Made by a program: the position numbers and the translations under genes. Positions 62,936 through 64,000 of a DNA stretch of 64,000 nt are shown in pieces. Source of the DNA: Tubulanus polymorphus (taxonomy: Eukaryota > Animalia > Nemertea); NCBI RefSeq assembly GCF_964204645.1, contig NC_134032.1, forward strand, positions 2,566,175-2,630,174, given 5' to 3'. Each line of letters opens with the position of its first letter. Positions within the stretch are counted from its first letter, which is position 1. The notes beneath the pieces are model-generated. The model saw nothing but the letters and a program-made list of their open reading frames with translations. It did not search any database and had not been told where the DNA came from.

Positions 62936-63030
62936 CAAACGGCCGAACATTCACCAAGCAGATTTACACAATACATTTACAAGTATGTTCGGTTGTTTCA
63001 TCCAATACATTATTTGATTTCTATAAATAA

Positions 63031-63198
63031 TAAAAAAAACCAATATTACTGAAATACGCGTAATTATTCATCTCCCGTTGAGGAAAAACTTGGTATGTGT
63101 TTAGTCTTAACTAAACTTGACTAGACTGCTATACTAGACTATCTATCTTTGTAATCATTATTATCTGTGGCATTTGCTTTCTCCATATTTGTAATCAA

Positions 63199-63260
<62 letters not shown>

Positions 63261-63263
63261 CAA

Positions 63264-63304
<41 letters not shown>

Positions 63305-63510
63305 GTTATCATTATTATCTTTATATGTATCTATCACTTAGTTTATTTTTTTTTCTCAGGGCAATCCCCCTATCAGGCTCAGCCCCTAGGGCTTGGGGTT
63401 GTCCTTCTTATATATGTCTATTTATCTATGCAATCATATCCAAAGAAACTATGTTTATAATCTTGTACATATTATAAGTAAATAAATCATTCAATGTTCA
63501 TTCAATGTTG
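63031..63510 (+). mobile_element. 5-prime-truncated 3-prime end of the same LINE family as 25992-30005
   Basis: 63042-63200 is the reverse complement of about 26445-26603. It is followed by (TTA)n, a stem-loop, AATAAA and a TCATTCAATG-repeat tail. Confidence 0.88.
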
Positions 63511-63531
63511 GATTAACATCAAAACAATAAA

Positions 63532-63735
63532 AACCCTGCCCTGGTGTATAAAAAAATTAACTCATCTAAATTTATATCCACCAGAGCGGACTGAATCAAG
63601 AACCCTGCCCTGGTGTATAGAAAAATGATCGTATCTAAATTTATATCGACCAGAGCGGACTGAATCAAGAACCCTGCACTGGTGTATAGAAAAATGATCT
63701 TATCTAAATTTATATCCACCAGAGCAGACTGAATG
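63532..63735 (+). repeat. 69-bp tandem repeat, 3 copies
   Basis: Units start at 63532, 63601 and 63670. Confidence 0.92.
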
Positions 63736-64000
63736 AAGCCCAGGCCAAGGGGAATCATGTCCTGTGATTGATCATGTATGAATAATGGATTCGTTAGACA
63801 TAGATTCAAAAATTAGTTATCTTACAATAATTAGGCCTATTTGAACGTTGAAAATGAAGTAGATTGGATGTATTACTGTGATCACAAACTTCGGCGCTCA
63901 AACTTCAAAATTACGAACTGTTGAAGTAGCATACCTATCGAGAAGGGTCCCTTGTCTTTTTACAATAGTACTAGGATACACTGGGGTCAAAAACTGTTTG

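Noticed and set aside
63519-63809. ORF with 23-aa repeats
   Set aside because: It reflects the 69-bp tandem repeat, with no splice or domain support.

Overview
AT-rich eukaryotic (invertebrate-like) genomic DNA with GT-AG introns, not prokaryotic. The main content is a birth-and-death cluster of intronless class A (rhodopsin-type, FMRFamide-receptor-like) 7TM receptor genes. Three are intact (15298, 45257, 56024), one is a single base from intact (36457), and six are pseudogenes or fragments. They were multiplied by local segmental duplications (about 9.5-14.6 kb vs 15.2-19.9 kb, and 32.8/36.2-38.5 kb vs 46.6-50.2 kb). Interleaved are (i) an intact 3-exon gene at 23036-24934 for a predicted secreted signal peptide-PAN/Apple-Ser/Thr linker-LamG/ConA-like protein, with broken paralogous exons at 0.3-3.1 kb, and (ii) a small two-EF-hand gene whose tandem copies carry complementary lesions. 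The rest is dense in mobile DNA: CR1/L2-type LINEs, BEL/Pao remnants, an EnSpm/CACTA-type element with both TIRs, PIF/Harbinger MITEs, a PIF1 helicase relic, tRNA-derived SINE heads and several minisatellites. All family assignments come from motif recognition by eye; no searches were run.
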